NCBI GenBank assembly: GCA_037380845.1
Contig: JARRRI010000077.1
Location: 1-20,984 of the forward strand
DNA length: 20,984 bases
DNA from: Candidatus Sulfobium sp.
GTDB lineage: Bacteria > Nitrospirota > Thermodesulfovibrionia > Thermodesulfovibrionales > UBA6898
Direction: 5' to 3'
This document shows, piece by piece, positions 8,878 through 16,775 of this stretch (the first letter of the stretch is position 1; every line of letters starts with the position of its first letter). Position numbers and translations under genes: made by a program. Below the pieces are notes generated by a model, which ran no database searches, was not told where the DNA came from, and was given only the letters and a program-made list of their open reading frames with translations.

Positions 8878-9042
8878 GCACGTAAGGGACACTGAAAAGA
8901 GTCTTGTAATTACGACATGATTTTATTTGCCTTCCACATAGATGAGTACGCAACGTTTGTGACTTTCAGAAAACGGCTGGCAGGCCATTCTACAGGGCTG
9001 TAAGGTGTCGGTACAAGACATTTTTCAGCGCCCCTTCCGTGC
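8878..9042. repeat. 165-bp element bounded by 31-bp imperfect inverted repeats (MITE or structured RNA)
   Basis: 8878-8908 and 9012-9042 are 26/31 complementary; followed by TTTCTTTTTT. Confidence 0.75.
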
Positions 9043-9077
9043 TTTCTTTTTTAGGGCAGCTGTAAGGGATAGTTTAA

Positions 9078-9896
9078 ATGCCGGAAAGTAAACCTGTCAT
9101 AACTCTGACGACGGACTTCGGTTACAGGGACCCCTTCGTGGGCGTGATGAAGGGTGTTATCCTGAAGATCAATCCGGCTGCACAGATAGTCGACCTTACC
9201 CACGGTATTGCCCCCCAGGGCGTAAGAGAGGCCGCATTTTCCCTTGGTGTCAGCTATAAATATTTCCCTGACCGTACGATCCACGTTGTCGTAGTCGACC
9301 CGGGGGTCGGTTCGGGCAGGCGGACCATAATAGTGAGTGTGGACGGTCAGTACTTTGTCGGTCCCGACAACGGGGTATTTTCGTATATCTATAGATTCAG
9401 CCGGGAAGCGCCGCAGGTGGTGCGTATTACTGCCGAACGCTATTTCCTCTCGTCAAAAAGCGCGACCTTTCAGGGGAGGGATCTTTTCGCACCTGTTGCG
9501 GCATGGCTTTCAAAGGGAATCGATGTATCCGAATTCGGAGTCTTTATCAGCGACTATCAGAAATTCGAGGTCCTTTCTCCAAAATTCACAGCGGAAGGTA
9601 TTTTGACCGGAGAGGTGATTCATGTAGACGGGTTCGGCAATGCGATAACGAACATAAGAAAAAGCGATATCGATGAGCTTTGTGGAAGGGCGTCTTCTCC
9701 GGCGATAAAGATAATCATAGGCGAAAGGGAAGTTCATCTTAAGGAGTTCTATTCTCAGGCGGACAGCCGGGAATTATATTCTCTTGTGAACAGCTCGGGA
9801 TATCTGGAATTCTTCGTAAACAGGGGAAACGCAGCCGATGTATATAAGATCTCGACCGGGGACAAAGTTGAAGTCAGATGCGGTTCCGTCAGATGA
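9078..9896 (+). CDS. SAM hydrolase / SAM-dependent halogenase family (DUF62) protein
   Basis: 'ITLTTDFG..DPFVGVMKGVI', 'DLTHGI', 'VVVVDPGVGSGRR', 'VGPDNG', 'TFxGRDLFAP', 'VDGFGNAITN'. Confidence 0.93.
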   Translation: MPESKPVITLTTDFGYRDPFVGVMKGVILKINPAAQIVDLTHGIAPQGVREAAFSLGVSYKYFPDRTIHVVVVDPGVGSGRRTIIVSVDGQYFVGPDNGVFSYIYRFSREAPQVVRITAERYFLSSKSATFQGRDLFAPVAAWLSKGIDVSEFGVFISDYQKFEVLSPKFTAEGILTGEVIHVDGFGNAITNIRKSDIDELCGRASSPAIKIIIGEREVHLKEFYSQADSRELYSLVNSSGYLEFFVNRGNAADVYKISTGDKVEVRCGSVR

Positions 9897-9935
9897 CGGG
9901 TTACAGTAAGCGGGTAATAGTTATATTGACAGGGA

Positions 9936-9982
9936 GCCGGAAAAGGGGAGACATGACTTCCCCGGTCCGGTAGGGTTTTTTT
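9936..9982 (+). terminator. Possible intrinsic terminator after the DUF62 gene
   Basis: CCGGA..GGGGA / TCCCC..TCCGG imperfect stem, then a T7 run five bases later. Confidence 0.35.
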
Positions 9983-9984
9983 GA

Positions 9985-10067
9985 CCGTCATTCCCGCGCA
10001 GGCGGGAATCCACGTTTATTTTCTTTAGGAGAAAATGGATTCCCGATTGCGACCTCGGGAATGACGG
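9985..10067. repeat. GTCAT-family palindromic repeat, copy C
   Basis: CCGTCATTCCCG ... CGGGAATGACGG perfect 12-bp ends; internal GCGGGAATCCA and TGGATTCCCG. Confidence 0.9.
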
Positions 10068-10070
10068 CAA

Positions 10071-10133
10071 CCCATCACCCATTACCCATTGCCTATTACC
10101 CATTGCCTATCGCCTATTGCCTATTGCCCATTG
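10071..10133. repeat. Nine tandem heptamers, consensus CCYATYR
   Basis: cccatca cccatta cccattg cctatta cccattg cctatcg cctattg cctattg cccattg. Confidence 0.9.
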
Positions 10134-10155
10134 CCCCGCATCTGTCTTTCCATTA

Positions 10156-10188
10156 ATACTTGACAGAATTACTAAACTATTTTAACTT
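10156..10188 (+). promoter_or_regulatory. Sigma70 promoter overlapped by an IscR type-1-like operator
   Basis: TTGACA (10160-10165)-17 nt-TAACTT (10183-10188). ATACTTGACAGAATTACTAAACTAT (10156-10180) fits ATASYYGACTRWWWYAGTCRRSTAT at 22/25 positions. Confidence 0.75.
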
Positions 10189-10193
10189 ATAGT

Positions 10194-10679
10194 ATGTTAC
10201 GGTTGTCGACGAAAGGACAGTACGGCGTGAGGGCCATGTTCGAGATAGCCAAGGGGTATAAGAAAGGGCCTATCACGATTAAGGAAATCTCGGAGAGACA
10301 GGACGTTTCCGTGGCCTATCTGGAGCAGATATTGAACAAACTGCGAAGGGCCGGCCTGATCAGGAGCGTCAAGGGGCCGGGCGGCGGCTATATGTTGAAC
10401 GGGGCGCCGGAGGGGATCAGTATCGGTGCTATTCTGAGGGAACTCGAAGGTCCTGTGGCGATCACGTCCTGTCTGGACCCGAAAGAGGGGTGTATGAGGG
10501 TCGACGGATGCGTTACCCACTTGCTCTGGAAAGCCCTCGGAGAAAATATCGAGGCATTTCTCGACAACATGAGCCTCAGGGACCTGCTGGATGGAAATGA
10601 GTTGATAAGAATCGGAGGAAGGGGCAGCCGGCAGAGGAAAGGAAAGGGAAAGGACGTCGAGGCGGCGAAGTCTTTGTGA
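10194..10679 (+). CDS. iscR: Rrf2-family Fe-S regulator, IscR-like
   Basis: 'LSTKGQYGVRAM', 'YLEQILNKLRRAGLIRSVKGPGGGY', ligand pattern C-x6-C-x5-C-x2-H-xLW; lies upstream of iscS/iscU. Confidence 0.85.
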   Translation: MLRLSTKGQYGVRAMFEIAKGYKKGPITIKEISERQDVSVAYLEQILNKLRRAGLIRSVKGPGGGYMLNGAPEGISIGAILRELEGPVAITSCLDPKEGCMRVDGCVTHLLWKALGENIEAFLDNMSLRDLLDGNELIRIGGRGSRQRKGKGKDVEAAKSL

Positions 10680-10930
10680 TGAAATTTGTCGAGAACGTAA
10701 AACCGGACGTAACCACTGATATCGTGTATATGATGTGCCCCATGCATCTCCTGAAACTGGAGGAGCAGATGAAAGAGCTTGAGCCGGGACAGATACTCGA
10801 GATCATGACCGATTATGACGGCGCACTTGAAGATATCCCGTCATGGTGTGAGAAGACAGGAAACGAGTTTCTGGGCATGGAGGACTCAGGCGATTTCTTC
10901 AAATTTTATATAAAGAAGCGCGCGAGGTGA
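10679..10930 (+). CDS. TusA/SirA-family sulfur carrier
   Basis: 'D....MCPM', 'LEPGQILEIMTD..GALEDIPSWCEKTGNEFL', 'FKFYIKK'; start overlaps the iscR stop. Confidence 0.88.
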   Translation: MKFVENVKPDVTTDIVYMMCPMHLLKLEEQMKELEPGQILEIMTDYDGALEDIPSWCEKTGNEFLGMEDSGDFFKFYIKKRAR

Positions 10931-10932
10931 GT

Positions 10933-12135
10933 ATGAAAAAGCTTTATTTTGATCATGTAGCAACGAACCCGCTGCATCCTGATGCCCTTGAGGCGATGAT
11001 GCCTTATCTGAAGGAAGAATTCGGCAACCCGATGAGCGTTTACGAATATGGAATTACGGCAAAAAAGGCTATTGAACTTGCCAGGGAGAAGGTTGCGGCT
11101 CTTGTGAATTCGAAGCCTGCGGAGATTATTTTTACGGCCAGCGGCGCCGAGGCCAACAACTTTGCGCTGCGCGGAATCGCCCTTGCAAGGCAGAACGAGG
11201 GGAAACACCTGCTGGTTTCGAGGATGGAACACCACTCGATACTGAATTCGGCGAGGTTCCTGGAAAAAAGCGGTTTTGCGGTAACATACCTGCCCGTCGA
11301 CAAGAACGGACTGGTGGATCCTGAAACAGTGAAGAAGGCCATCACCGATCAGACGACGTTGATCTCCATAACTCATGCCAGCAGCGAGGTGGGGACGATT
11401 GAGCCCATCAGGGAGATCGCGAAGGTGGCAAAGGAGCGGAAAATTACGGTCCATACCGACGCGGTCGCAACGACCGGAAACATTCCCATTGACGTTAAGG
11501 AACTCGGAGTCGATTTGCTCAGCATGTCCTCACATCAATTCTACGGCCCCAAGGGAGCAGCCGCGCTTTACGTAAAACAGGGCACCAGGATTGTTCCACT
11601 TATTTATGGAGGCATTCAGGAATCGGGCAGAAGGGCCGGCACCGAGAACGTTCCTGCTATCGTGGGAATGGGCAGGGCCGCGGAGCTTGCGAAGACGGAT
11701 ATGCAGAAGAGGATTAAACACCTGCGGCCCCTGAGAGACAGGATTATCGACACGATGTCCGGGGTGCCGAACGTCTATCTTACGGGGCACCGGGAGCACA
11801 GACTGCCCGGTCACGCCAGCTTCTGCGTGGAGTTTATCGAGGGAGAGGCCATGCTTCTTCTCCTTGCGGGGAAAGGTATTTTTGCTGCGAGCGGGTCGGC
11901 CTGTTCTTCAAAGGCATTGAAGGCGTCGCCGGTGCTCCTGTCCATGGGCATTTCTTCCAGTCTCGCGCAGGGTTCGATCGTTTTTTCGCTGGGAATGGGA
12001 AACGGTACCGAAGACGTTGGTTATCTGCTTAATGAATTCCCCGCTGTTATTAAACGGCTGAGAGAAATTTCCCCCTATGCGCAGGGGTGGGGGAACAGAG
12101 AGGAAGGTGGAGAAGAATGTACAGTGAAAGAGTGA
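10933..12135 (+). CDS. iscS: IscS/NifS-family cysteine desulfurase homologue with degenerate PLP active site
   Basis: 'YFDHVAT', 'EHHSIL', 'HQFYGPKG', 'RAGTENVP', 'SGSACSS'; GAGGT SD before the ATG at 10933. Confidence 0.88.
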   Translation: MKKLYFDHVATNPLHPDALEAMMPYLKEEFGNPMSVYEYGITAKKAIELAREKVAALVNSKPAEIIFTASGAEANNFALRGIALARQNEGKHLLVSRMEHHSILNSARFLEKSGFAVTYLPVDKNGLVDPETVKKAITDQTTLISITHASSEVGTIEPIREIAKVAKERKITVHTDAVATTGNIPIDVKELGVDLLSMSSHQFYGPKGAAALYVKQGTRIVPLIYGGIQESGRRAGTENVPAIVGMGRAAELAKTDMQKRIKHLRPLRDRIIDTMSGVPNVYLTGHREHRLPGHASFCVEFIEGEAMLLLLAGKGIFAASGSACSSKALKASPVLLSMGISSSLAQGSIVFSLGMGNGTEDVGYLLNEFPAVIKRLREISPYAQGWGNREEGGEECTVKE

Positions 12136-12521
12136 TGGACCATTTCATGAACCCGAGAAACGTGGGGGACATGGAAGACGCGGACGGGGTCGGGACGGAA
12201 GGGAACCCCACGTGCGGAGATGCGATGAAGATCTTCATAAAGGTGAAAGACGGCCGGATTGTGGATGCCAAATTCAAGACCTTCGGCTGCGGGGCGGCTA
12301 TTGCGGTAAGCAGCATGGTTACGGAGATGGTGAAGGGCAAGACGCTCGATGAAGCCCTCGCCATATCCAAAGAGACGGTCGCGAATGAACTGGGAGGTCT
12401 CCCCCCAGCCTTTTCCGTCATGCCCGAGGTCTTAGTCGGGCATCCATACTGTGTGAAAACCTGGATTCTCGATGCGAGTCCCGAAGCGGGTCTCCGCGCA
12501 GGGTCGCTACGACTTTGCTGA
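12117..12521 (+). pseudogene. iscU: IscU/NifU-type Fe-S scaffold truncated after GGLPP (residue 97), reading into repeat D
   Basis: 'MYSERVMDHFMNPRNVG', 'GNPTCGD', 'FKTFGCGAAIA' present. The KxHC motif and final helix are absent; the last 37 aa are translated repeat. Confidence 0.8.
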
Positions 12522-12595
12522 GAGTCGCTTCGACCCGATTACTACCTCGGGAATGACGAATTCGAAATACAATTCCTTTTATACAATGACAGGTT
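12409..12595. repeat. Long composite GTCAT-family repeat, copy D
   Basis: CGTCATGCCCGAGG ... CCTCGGGAATGACG (12416-12558) plus an AT-rich tail; colinear with copy E. Confidence 0.88.
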
Positions 12596-12598
12596 TAC

Positions 12599-13381
12599 TC
12601 ACGGATAGGTTATCTGCAGCCTCTGGATGCCGGTCGCCCTCCCGGTATCATTGTTTATTTCTATTACCACACCTGAGAGTACGCTCGCGCCGTGGGCCAC
12701 ATCGAATTTTACGGGCATGGACGTGAGAAAACGGCGGATGACCTCTGCCGGCTCTACACCAATGATCGAATTCGCGGGGCCTGTCATGCCGACGTCGGTG
12801 ATGTAGGCGGAGCCTTTGGGAAGGATCTTTTCATCCGCCGTCTGCACGTGGGTATGCGTACCGATCACGGCGCTGACCTTCCCGTCGAAATAATAGCCGA
12901 AGGCTATTTTTTCCGAAGTGGCTTCAGCGTGGAAGTCAACGATGATAATCCCTGTCTCTTTCGAGAGGGTTTCTATCTCCGCCGCGGCAGTCCTGAAGGG
13001 GCAGTCGAGCGGGGACATGAAGACCCTGCCCGAAACGTTCATCACGGCCACCTTCGGCCCGCCCGGTATGGTGAGGACTATGCTTCCATAGCCGGGCACG
13101 CCCGGGGGGTAGTTGAGCGGCCTCAAAACGCGATTGTCTTTGGCAATATAGTGGACAAAATCCTTCTTGTCCCAGACGTGGTTGCCGGTAGTTACCACGT
13201 GTATACCCAGCGAGAACAATTCAAGGACGAGCGACTCGGTGAGGCCGAATCCTCCCGCAATATTCTCGCCGTTGATCACTACCAGATCCGTCTTGTATTT
13301 GTCGGTCAGTTTCGGGAGGAGGGCCTTCAGCGCCGTCCTTCCAGTTTTACCTACTACGTCGCCAACAAAGAGCGCCTTCAT
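12599..13381 (-). CDS. ymdB: YmdB / TIGR00282-family metallophosphoesterase
   Basis: 'FVGDVVG..GR', 'NGEN.AGGFG', 'TTGNHVWD', 'VDFHAEATSEK', 'GTHTHVQTAD', 'TDVGMTG'; downstream of rny. Confidence 0.93.
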   Translation of the reverse strand: MKALFVGDVVGKTGRTALKALLPKLTDKYKTDLVVINGENIAGGFGLTESLVLELFSLGIHVVTTGNHVWDKKDFVHYIAKDNRVLRPLNYPPGVPGYGSIVLTIPGGPKVAVMNVSGRVFMSPLDCPFRTAAAEIETLSKETGIIIVDFHAEATSEKIAFGYYFDGKVSAVIGTHTHVQTADEKILPKGSAYITDVGMTGPANSIIGVEPAEVIRRFLTSMPVKFDVAHGASVLSGVVIEINNDTGRATGIQRLQITYP

Positions 13382-13430
13382 CTATGGTTCCGGATGCGTG
13401 ACAACCCTTAGGCCACCGGTCATCGTTCCC

Positions 13431-14993
13431 CTACTTGGCGTACTCGACATATCTCGATTCCCTGATAACGGTTACCTTGATCTGGCCGGGATACGACATC
13501 TCGGCCTCGATTTTTTTCGATAGATCCCTCGCTATCATGGAGGACATCTCATCGCTGATATCCTCCGGCTTGACGATTATCCTTATCTCCCTGCCCGCCT
13601 GGATGGCATAGCATTTGTCGACACCCTTGAACGAAAGGGCCATCTTCTCGAGGGCTTCGAGCCGTTTCAGATAATTCTCGATGCTCTCCCTCCGCACCCC
13701 CGGTCTGGCGGCGGAAAGGGCGTCCGCAGCTGCAACAAGGGCAGCCTCGACCGTCGCGGGTTCTCCCTCGCCGTGATGTACCAGGATGGCATTCACTACC
13801 TTCTGGTTCTCACCGAATTTGCGCGCCAGGTTCGCGCCTATCTCCTGGTGGGTGCCCTCTATTTCATGGTCGACTGCCTTTCCGATGTCGTGTAAAAGAC
13901 CCGCCCTTTTTGCGAGTTTGACGTCTACCCCCAGTTCACCCGCCATCATCCCCGAAATATAGGCCACTTCGCGGGAGTGCTGGAGTATATTCTGGCCGTA
14001 CGATGTCCTGTATCTGAGACGGCCGATGGTTTTTATAAGTTCCGGATGGATGCCGGACAGACCCAGATCGAAAACGGACTTTTCGCCCTCTTCCCTGATG
14101 CCGGAGTCCACCTCTTTCTTCACTTTCTCGACGATCTCCTCTATCCTGGTCGGATGGATTCGTCCGTCGGTTATGAGCCGTTCAAGGGATATCCGCGCCA
14201 CTTCGCGTCGCACCGGATCGAAGGCCGACAGCGTTACCATCTCGGGAGTATCGTCAACGATAAGGTCCACGCCGGTGGCGGCCTCCAGCGCCCTTATGTT
14301 CCTTCCCTCCCTTCCTATGATCCTGCCCTTCATCTCGTCGTTGGGCAGGCTTACAGCAGATACGGTCGCGTCGGCGACATAATCGCTCGCATATCGCTGG
14401 ATGGCAAACCCGATAATTTCTTTTGCTTTTTTGTCCGCATTTTCCCTTGCTTCATCCTCGATCCTCTTCGAGAGTTTGGCAATGTCATACCGGGATTCTT
14501 CCTCGACACGCCTGAGTAGTTCCTGCCTCGCCTCTTCCTGCGTTACGCCGGACAATTTTTCGAGGATCTCCGTCTGCTCTCTGATGAGCTGGCCGTAACG
14601 ATTCTCCTTTTCCTGAATCGAACGCTCCCTGACCGACCAGTCCTTCTCCTTCCTGCCGAGTTCGTGGTCCCGCTTGTCGATCTGGTCGAATTTCCTTTCG
14701 ATCGTCTCTTCCTTCTGCCTCAGCCTTTTTTCGAGGTGGTTCAGCTCGGACCGCCGCTCCCTCAACTCCTTTTCGGCGTCGTGTTTCGCCTGATAAAGGA
14801 TGTCTTTTGCCTCGAGGGACGCCTCTTTCTTGACGGATTCCGCACTCTTCGATGCCTCGTCGAGTATCTTCTTCTTTTCGCCTTCGATTGATTCTTTCCG
14901 GGCCTTCAGGGCTTGCCTGTAAACCAGACCCAGTACAACGCCGATGATGATTCCGACGCCGAGAGAAATTACAATATTAACGGGGTTGATCAT
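13431..14993 (-). CDS. rny: Ribonuclease Y
   Basis: N-terminal TM helix, coiled coil, KH '[14 protein letters not shown]', HD 'GLLHDIGK', '[10 protein letters not shown]'; AGGAGG SD. Confidence 0.97.
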   Translation of the reverse strand: MINPVNIVISLGVGIIIGVVLGLVYRQALKARKESIEGEKKKILDEASKSAESVKKEASLEAKDILYQAKHDAEKELRERRSELNHLEKRLRQKEETIERKFDQIDKRDHELGRKEKDWSVRERSIQEKENRYGQLIREQTEILEKLSGVTQEEARQELLRRVEEESRYDIAKLSKRIEDEARENADKKAKEIIGFAIQRYASDYVADATVSAVSLPNDEMKGRIIGREGRNIRALEAATGVDLIVDDTPEMVTLSAFDPVRREVARISLERLITDGRIHPTRIEEIVEKVKKEVDSGIREEGEKSVFDLGLSGIHPELIKTIGRLRYRTSYGQNILQHSREVAYISGMMAGELGVDVKLAKRAGLLHDIGKAVDHEIEGTHQEIGANLARKFGENQKVVNAILVHHGEGEPATVEAALVAAADALSAARPGVRRESIENYLKRLEALEKMALSFKGVDKCYAIQAGREIRIIVKPEDISDEMSSMIARDLSKKIEAEMSYPGQIKVTVIRESRYVEYAK

Positions 14994-16257
14994 CTGGTGT
15001 ACTCCTCCTTTTCCGAAGCCGTGATTTCATGATCCTCTCATATCCCTGAGAGGATGGAGTGTAAAACGACTTGTGAACACGCATGTAATTCTGCCTGACA
15101 TAATGTTGATCGAAACTGTGGGGATACAGATACCCTGTGCCGGCGCCGAGCCTCTTCGCTCCGGCGTAGTGAGAGTCCTTCAGGTGATCGGGGACCTCCT
15201 GCACGGGTTCACTGCGGATTGCTTCAGTCGCCTTGTCGATAGCAACACAGGACGCGTTGCTTTTTGGAGCGGCCGCAATATATATCACCGCCTGGGCCAG
15301 AGGTATTCTGCCTTCGGGCAGGCCGATCTTTTCCAGGGCCTGCATCGCCGAAACAGCGACGACCAGGGCGGTCGGTTCCGCGTTGCCCACGTCTTCAGCC
15401 GCACATATGACTATCCTCCGGGCGATGAACAGCGGGTCCTCTCCCGCTTCCAGCATCTTGGCAAGCCAGTAGACGGCCGCGTCGGGGTCCGACCCCCGCA
15501 TACTCTTGATAAAAGCGGAGACCGTATCATAGTGGTCATCCTCGTCATAGTAGAGGGTCCTGTTCTGGACTACCTCTTTGGCGTGCTCAAGGGTTATGTG
15601 GCGGCCACCGACAGCCCCGGCAGAGAGAAAGGAAAGCTCGAGTATGTTCAGCGCCCGCCTGGCGTCGCCCTGGCTGACCGAGGCCATGAAATCGACCGCG
15701 CTGTCATCGATGGAGACCTTATACTCACCCAGCCCCCTGTCCTCCGAAAGCGCCCTGCGGAGCAGCCCCCTTATATCGTCTTCCGGGATGGGCCTGAACT
15801 GGAAGATCAGAGACCTTGAAGACAGGGCGGGGACGAGGGCGAAAAAAGGGTTTTGCGTCGAGGCGCCTATGAGTGTGAGTTCGCCCTTTTCAATATACGG
15901 AAGGAGGGCGTCCTGCTGCACCTTGTTGAACCGATGGATCTCATCTACGAAGAGGATCGTTTTTTCGCTTCTGACCGCGGCCACCGCGTCTCTGATGTCT
16001 TTTATTCCGGCGGTTACGGCATTTAACGAAATGAAGTCAGCGCGGGTCTTTCTGGCGATGATATGGGCGAGGGCGGTCTTCCCGGTGCCGGGCGGACCGT
16101 AGAGGATGAGGGAGACTCTCTTGTCTTCTTCAATAAGCCTCCGTAAGGGCCTGTTACTGCCGAGCAAATGGCACTGGCCGACGAGGTCGTCAAATTCCTC
16201 CGGCTGCATCCGCCACGCGAGCGGGGGTGTCCTTTTTCGTTCTTCAAAGAGTTCCAA
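14977..16257 (-). CDS. rarA: Replication-associated recombination protein A (RarA/MgsA)
   Basis: 'PLAxRMxP', 'GPPGTGKT', '[17 protein letters not shown]', '[15 protein letters not shown]'; TTG start. Confidence 0.95.
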   Translation of the reverse strand: MELFEERKRTPPLAWRMQPEEFDDLVGQCHLLGSNRPLRRLIEEDKRVSLILYGPPGTGKTALAHIIARKTRADFISLNAVTAGIKDIRDAVAAVRSEKTILFVDEIHRFNKVQQDALLPYIEKGELTLIGASTQNPFFALVPALSSRSLIFQFRPIPEDDIRGLLRRALSEDRGLGEYKVSIDDSAVDFMASVSQGDARRALNILELSFLSAGAVGGRHITLEHAKEVVQNRTLYYDEDDHYDTVSAFIKSMRGSDPDAAVYWLAKMLEAGEDPLFIARRIVICAAEDVGNAEPTALVVAVSAMQALEKIGLPEGRIPLAQAVIYIAAAPKSNASCVAIDKATEAIRSEPVQEVPDHLKDSHYAGAKRLGAGTGYLYPHSFDQHYVRQNYMRVHKSFYTPSSQGYERIMKSRLRKRRSTPDDQPR

Positions 16258-16277
16258 TTAATAGTCCGCATGCCGGA

Positions 16278-16400
16278 CTATGATTCGGACAGGACTTTTG
16301 GAGCTGAGAAAACTATGGGTTCAGGTAATGAGTTGCATGAAAGATCTATCAAAAAACCCGTAAGTACAGGCTCGTATAGTTTGTTTTCTCTATCAGGCAA
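16278..16400 (-). CDS. Candidate 40-aa small protein / leader ORF between 6S RNA and rarA
   Basis: GGAGGG SD 7 nt upstream of TTG; MPDRENKLYEPVLTGFLIDLSCNSLPEPIVFSAPKVLSES. Confidence 0.3.
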   Translation of the reverse strand: MPDRENKLYEPVLTGFLIDLSCNSLPEPIVFSAPKVLSES

Positions 16401-16454
16401 AAGGCTTCCCTCCAAAAGCGTCGAAATCACAGAGACCAGCTTTTCTATGAGATT

Positions 16455-16633
16455 AATCCCGCCCTGCCGTGTACATGAAGAATTAGATCCGCCTATTGGA
16501 TAGGTGGGTGCCATAAAGGCGCCTTCAGGCCTTTGCCTCCTGGGCAACACGCTCACCAGCACCTCACGCTGGCTCCCGAAAGATCTAATTTGCCGGATCA
16601 ACTTTTTCACATATCACCAACAGGGCAGGAAAT
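16455..16633 (-). ncRNA. ssrS: 6S RNA
   Basis: ~180 nt; closing stem TTCCTGCCCTGTTG / CGGCAGGGCGGGA; AATTAGATC / GATCTAATT inner stem; GGGAGCC and CACCCACCT motifs; located upstream of rny, a common ssrS context. Ends are approximate. Confidence 0.85.
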
Positions 16634-16651
16634 CCTGATTTCCTATATATA

Positions 16652-16681
16652 GTTATAACAGAACACCGCACTTTTGAGCAA
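16652..16681 (-). promoter_or_regulatory. Putative promoter of 6S RNA
   Basis: Minus strand TTGCTC-18 nt-TATAAC with a TG extended -10. Confidence 0.55.
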
Positions 16682-16775
16682 GGAGAAAAAATTGCCTTCA
16701 GACCTGTTCGGCTGAGCTGATTTGTCTTGTGCTCGGGAACTTTTTTTGTCAGCAGCAAACAGAAGGAGGTTCTGT

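Noticed and set aside
8840..9077. SAM riboswitch upstream of the SAM hydrolase
   Set aside because: No SAM-I core motifs recognisable; the region is dominated by one long inverted repeat.
12087..12116. Upstream start for iscU given in the ORF track
   Set aside because: Family homology begins at MYSERV (12117), which has its own purine-rich SD.
16278..16610. 110-aa ORF
   Set aside because: Its 5' half overlaps the 6S RNA; only the 40-codon SD-led portion was kept as a weak candidate.
16722..16775. N-terminal extension of tatA
   Set aside because: A strong AAGGAGGT SD and the family start MFGLG support 16776.
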